Positions 58,701 through 64,000 of a stretch of DNA of 64,000 bases are shown one piece after another; within the stretch, counting starts at the first letter, position 1, and every line of letters starts with the position of its first letter. The DNA comes from Pocillopora damicornis (Eukaryota). The notes below the pieces were generated by a model. The model ran no database searches. It was given only the letters and a program-made list of their open reading frames with translations, and was not told where the DNA came from. The position numbers were made by a program, and so were the translations under genes. The DNA lies in assembly GCF_003704095.1 (NCBI RefSeq), contig NW_020843834.1, positions 992,001 to 1,056,000 of the forward strand. Direction: 5' to 3'.

Positions 58701-61700
58701 AGTGTGAAGATCTACCCACTACTGGGCTGCTACTGTAACCCCTGTGATACTTCTTTCCTCGTAGGATTTGAAGCCTGCAAACTTGCTCATCAGTTCTACT
58801 GGACACCTTAAGATAGCAGACTTTGGTCTTGCTAGGGTATTTTCCAATGATGGCAACAGACAATACAGTCATCAAGTGGCTACAAGGTTTGATTTAAGCA
58901 ATAAAGCTTTTGAATAATTTGTTTATTTAATCACTTTTCTAAAATATATGTATATGGTTGAAATAACAACTAGGATTAGACACAAAATGCTCTGACTTAG
59001 CTGAACCTGGTAGTAAGCAAGAAGCTTATTGCTATGGCCCCCAACAGACTCTATGTAGTTTGATGATGGTCATCACATGGATTGCAAAATCCAAAGGTCT
59101 GAGGTTGGAGTTATTATCATGTAGAACCTAGTATTTTTTGTGTCCAATAGCAGCTGTTATTATAGAGACTTTCCTTCTCTTTTTTTTTGTCACAAACAGA
59201 TGGTACAGAGCCCCTGAACTGCTGTATGGAGCAAGGAAATATGATGAAGGAGTTGATCTCTGGTATTAAAACCATTTTATCAAATTTTGAATGCTACAAT
59301 TTGTAATTCATTAAGTGAGTAGGTGCTGTACAGGATTGCATCCCTTGTGACCAGTGGCGACTGCATAGTGGAGCAAAGTGAGTTAACAACCTAGAGGCAG
59401 ACACTGCTGCATATTGCCTCCCCCATCCCCAACCCCNNNNNNNNNNNNNNNNNNNNNNNNNNNNNNNNNNNNNNNNNNNNNNNNNNNNNNNNNNNNNNNN
59501 NNNNNNNNNNNNNNNNNNNNNNNNNNNNNNNNNNNNNNNNNNNNNNNNNNNNNNNNNNNNNNNNNNNNNNNNNNNNNNNNCAATGACCCAGCAAGCACCA
59601 GTGTCTGAGCCTACCTCTGGGGATCCATCACACTAACTATCAGACTACCTCGTTTGGGGACTGGGTTGTAAAAGCGCAGGAAACTATAGGGTGTTTTACC
59701 AACCCCTTTTGTGTGGGGTAATGTGTTTTATTTACACTGTGTTTGTTTATTTTGTACTTACAGGGCAGTTGGTTGTATTTTTGGAGAGCTCCTCAACAAT
59801 TCTCCACTTTTTCCAGTAAGTATATGGCATGACATCATTTAGCCTATTGCAGGTGTTCAGTTATTAACCCTTTAACTCCCAATATTGATTAACATGTAAC
59901 TTCCCCCTTAAATATATATTCATTATCCAGCAAACAGGTAATGAGAATATTCAAACATATCAGGTAGAAGTTGTTATCTTGATCTAATACTAAATTCTTG
60001 GAACTAATTTACAAGGAAATGTGTTGTAGGTAGAGGGGAGAATTAACAACTAGATATTGGGAGTTACACGTAAAGGGTTAAAACGAAACGAAATAGTAAA
60101 CGGCGCGTTAGAAGCGGGGGAGTGAAAAAACGAGAGAGGTCTGGTCGCGTTCTGTGCGCGACGCGACTCGACCCAAACCTCTCGTTTTTTCACTCCACTT
60201 TTGCTATTGCGCTGTTTACTAACGTGCTTCGTTTTAATAACTGAACTCCAGACCTGGTTCAGGCTAGACTTCCTTTTGAATGAAGTTAATTCGTTGCATG
60301 GTGGAAAAAGTTTGAAAACTGAAATGGGAACAACCAGGCAAATAATGGTCAGAAAGATTTGCTAGCTCCTGATAAGCAGAAAACAGAAGAGAAATGAATG
60401 GAATCACGTCACGGTTGTGTTATCTTGAAATATGTATACGAGATTTTTTGAGGCCCCGTAAGTTATCTTTATCCTCGTTCTATTTTTTGCCCATCAGTTG
60501 CTATTATTAGTTCTTATTATTGTCCTTATTATTGTTTCGGATTATTCTTACCATGATTTCTTCGGAATTTTTTTCTTTTCCTTTGTATATCTTGAAACTT
60601 TACCTATTTGGTCATAGTGAGAGTGAACGTATGGAGTCTTAGTTGTGGTTGTTATTCTTTACTGCTTTACTCCGAGATCAGACATGAATTTGATATGAAT
60701 AGTGAAGCCTTCACTACTTGGATAAGGGTAATTTTGTCTGCTTTGACGTCCAAGAGGAATTTTTGATAAAAAATTGAAAACTGGCGAGGGAACAATTGAA
60801 CAACTTTTCGTAGACCGCATGAAATCATCAGAGCTGAGATTTTTTTTGTATCAAGCCTCATAAAACATCTTCCTTCCTTTCACTAATCTTTCTGCCTGGT
60901 CGGTGGGCTATCGTCAGTTTCTTGTCGTAAAAAAAAAATATGAGAAAAATTTGAGGATAAATAAGGTGAAAAAGCTGATCAAAATAGAGGAGAAAAATTG
61001 TCTATAACGTTTCTTTCTTTTGCCGATTATTGTTTAGGGTGAAAGTGATATTACACAGCTTTACTGTGTACTTCGAGTATTGGGAACCCCCAGCCAAGGC
61101 CAGGTAACAGAAACGTGTTAGATTTCACAGTTTTAGGCGTTGTATATATTTAAAATCACTTAGTTAGGAATTTAAAGCAAACCACGACGGCAACCACAAT
61201 GAGAACGCGTAAAAACAAAAGATCCAATAAACAGAACGAATGCTCACAACCACAATGAGAACGCGTAAAAACAAAAGATCCAATAAACAGAACGAATGCT
61301 CACTACGTGCATTTTAAAACTTTGTTCATTTCTAAGCCTTCCTCTGCAAAACCTCAAATTCAATTCATCGGAATTTGCGTGGTCTGAGAACGGATACCGT
61401 GACAGCAGAATTATCGAAGTTTCCGTCTGAAGCTCAATGCTACCCACATGCGCGTTAAGCAGAAGTTGAGATGTGGCGCCAGCCATTCGCGAATTTTAAC
61501 CAAAATAAAAGTTCAATTTTTGATCAACTTCTGACTGCTTAAGGTCCCTTCTATGTTTACGATCGCTAATTTACTCATTTAATAACAGAAAATGGCTGCT
61601 ACGCCCTCATAAAATTATGAATAAAGTAGTCCACAATCTCGTTGGTATTTCATCTTGTTATGTACGATTGAGGTTTCATTTGTGCGTGATTATTTGATTC

Positions 61701-62690
61701 TTTAAAGAAGCTGAATAATGTCGCTGTATTTTATTACAAATAAATAAAATTTTCGTGCATATTTTGTTTTACGTTTTGTATAAACACAATTTTGACCTCA
61801 GTGGTAATTCTTTCTGCTTGAAACAGGGAATGACAGAACTACCAGATTATAACAAAATCGTTTTTCCTGAAATGCCGCCAATACCTCTAGAGAATATTGT
61901 TCCTGATGCTTCACCAGAGGTGCGTGCTCCTTGTGTATGTTGTGCGTGTACCGTGCGTATCCCATGCGTGTATTGTGCTTGGCCCATAGCAGTACACCCT
62001 TCAGTAGCAGTTATCTTCTGTTGTATGTTCTCGTCTGAATATCGTCGCTGTTTTTTTTTGTATGTGTGTCGCGTAAGCCGTTAATTTGCCGCATCTGTGT
62101 TCAAACTTTAAGTTTACTTTACACAGAATATCGACAAAACATGACTCTTGGAAGCCGTGTACAAGTTAGTAATGTATTTTGTTTGTCTTTAGGCGATAGA
62201 TTTGCTGAAACGCTTCTTAGTGTATCACTCTAAAGAGAGAATTTCTGCAAAAGAGGTCAGTTGATGTGTCCACTTACTCTTTGGTAGATCTTTCAAATTT
62301 GCAGGCTTAAGTTTTAAAAGTGACCCCTAACATAATTTGATTTTTTAACTGGGTTGATGATGTAAACTGGCTACTCGTGCGGAAGCACAAAAAGCTTTTA
62401 AAAGGAATACCTGATGCCAATAGGTACAAATTAAACTCTTCCGTTTGTTTAGTTTCACTTCAATTTATTGTTGCATTTCGTTTCAGGCCTTATTGCATCC
62501 ATATTTCTTCACGGAACCACTTCCAGCTCACCATTCTGAACTACCAATCCCAGCACGCAATGCGCGGAAGACATCAGGACGAGGCCCGTTACGTCATACT
62601 TTTGACATTGATGTTCCTCTGGAGAAATCTCTTGTCAATCCCGCGTCGCTTGTACATAATGTTGTGGGCATGCCAGATTTTCACACTTGA
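55708..62690 (+). CDS. CDK20: Cyclin-dependent kinase 20 (CCRK; LF2/DYF-18 family ciliary kinase)
   Basis: Exons 55708-55791 ([14 protein letters not shown]), 56254-56327 (GIPNTALR), 56931-56970, 57569-57682, 58262-58336, 58765-58886 (DLKPANLL...DFGLAR...YSHQVATR), 59200-59262 ([15 protein letters not shown]), 59764-59815, 61038-61103, 61827-61919 (LPDYNKI), 62193-62255, 62487-62690 ([22 protein letters not shown]). All phases are consistent. Confidence 0.95.
59840..60266. mobile_element. TAGCCT...AGGCTA hairpin MITE interrupted by a piggyBac-type MITE (59864-60081)
   Basis: Removing the insert and one TTAA restores gttcagttattaaaacg, the exact reverse complement of cgttttaataactgaac in the right arm. 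Confidence 0.85.
61192..61303. repeat. Two-copy ~56-bp tandem duplication inside MITE 61165-61550
   Basis: accacaatgagaacgcgtaaaaacaaaagatccaataaacagaacgaatgctcac occurs twice. Confidence 0.9.
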
Positions 62691-64000
62691 GGTCTTTTTA
62701 ATTTCGTCCTTAGAAAAATCGACTTTTGGAATAGTTTTCAATTGAAAGTCGAAAATAATACTGAATTGCTTTGATTTTGCTTTAGTTCGTCGTGTGATTG
62801 GTCCAGAGCAGTCTTCTCGATTTCGCTGGCAACCAGATTCAAAACAAAAACCCTTTTTCCCGCGTTAAAAGCAGTTTGCTTGTCTCATTTGTTATTTCTT
62901 GTGAATTCTCATTGGCTCGTTGTACTCTTTTGCTCTTCTCTGATTGGCTATTGTAATCACTTTGGTTGTGTTTGAACGACAGTCAATCGAAATGATATGG
63001 GAATGCACGCCTGGAGCCTTATGGGTCATATGATAAACTTCCCTTATTACTCATGCACCTGTTGTTGAAAGTTTTTTTACTCGCGTTTCTCTTTTAGTTA
63101 AAACCGCTTCCATGTTAGGTAAACCAACTTCATACCAGACACGTTGCCATTGTTATGAATTTCTAGAAATATTGCTTTGTTACTGCCATACAGTAAAAGA
63201 GAGTCTTGTTTCTTGCGTCGAAAACTAATAATCCAACCGTTTATTTCTGGCGCCTATGCCACAGATAACAAGGAAAAAGCAAATTTATACCCTTAAAAGA
63301 AACTACATTAAAATCTCGTTTCTGAGGGACAACTATTATTGGCCTACTGTTTTGTCACTAGATGCATAAAAAGGCGAAATACCGCATCCTAGTCATTTGG
63401 TTCTCGTCCCTGACCTTGATGGCATCCAGTTCGTTCCTTTTGGTTTCGAGTTCAGGTATGACCTATTTTTTACACAGAGGAGGTTATACCAGCTGCACTC
63501 TTCTGGACGTTCGTGGTTTTTATCAGTTTTATCCTTCCGTTCGCGGGTGCGAGAGGAAATGCAGAAATATTGCCCAACATTTTGATATAAATTGCGTATA
63601 TTTGGCAATTTTCAATGGAAAAGAAAATATTTGCAGAAAGCTTCTACTGAATTAAAACCAGTAATGTACGAAGCAACGCAGGTAAACGACGGGCGAAGGA
63701 AATGAGCGACTAGGCGACGTTATAAGCTTCCGACCGAACATTCGTTGCTGGTGGAACAGGGGCGGGCTTCGAGTCAGCCTGCTTTATCTATTCGTAGATA
63801 TATATTCGTATACTTGCATGGAGATTTGAAGCATGCGGCAAGTTTGGAGAGCGCGAAAGATGTTTAAGAGTTGCTGCTCTTAACTCTAAACACATTTGCC
63901 GAGTTTACCAAATAACCGCTTTTTAACCGAAAACTATAACCAAAAGGAAGGCAAAAATAAAAAAAAAGAAACATTTCGAGACAAAACTCCTATTGATAGG

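Overview
AT-rich eukaryotic (animal) genomic DNA with spliced genes and four N gaps. Gene content and repeat families suggest a cnidarian, probably a scleractinian coral (inference). I built nine multi-exon genes by hand, checking GT-AG sites and reading phase: MANF (-, last exon outside the window), an uncharacterised ~420-aa protein with a possible TSGA13-like C-terminus (+), MED20 (+), an orphan ~535-aa type I membrane protein (-), DNM1L/Drp1 (-, middle exons lost in a gap), AMT/gcvT (-), ING3 (+), an SLC32A1/VGAT-like transporter (-) and CDK20/CCRK (+). Introns and intergenic DNA are full of small mobile elements: TTAA-flanked piggyBac-type MITEs, tRNA/CORE SINEs, TAGCCT...AGGCTA hairpin MITEs, Crypton-like repeats and a nested DNA-transposon stack with a decayed zf-AD-like ORF. 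The most interesting signal is a ~170-bp dispersed non-coding element at four loci. It carries a minimal type I hammerhead ribozyme core (CUGACGA-stem II-GAAAC-GUC), and three loci hold it as an inverted pair, consistent with a Penelope-like/retrozyme-type parasite. Other points: an ERSE-type element in the MANF promoter, a 165-bp insertion flanked by a ~104-bp duplication, an atypical CDK20 exon, and CpG depletion apparently confined to promoter-proximal gene bodies. No searches were run; family names come from recognising sequences.
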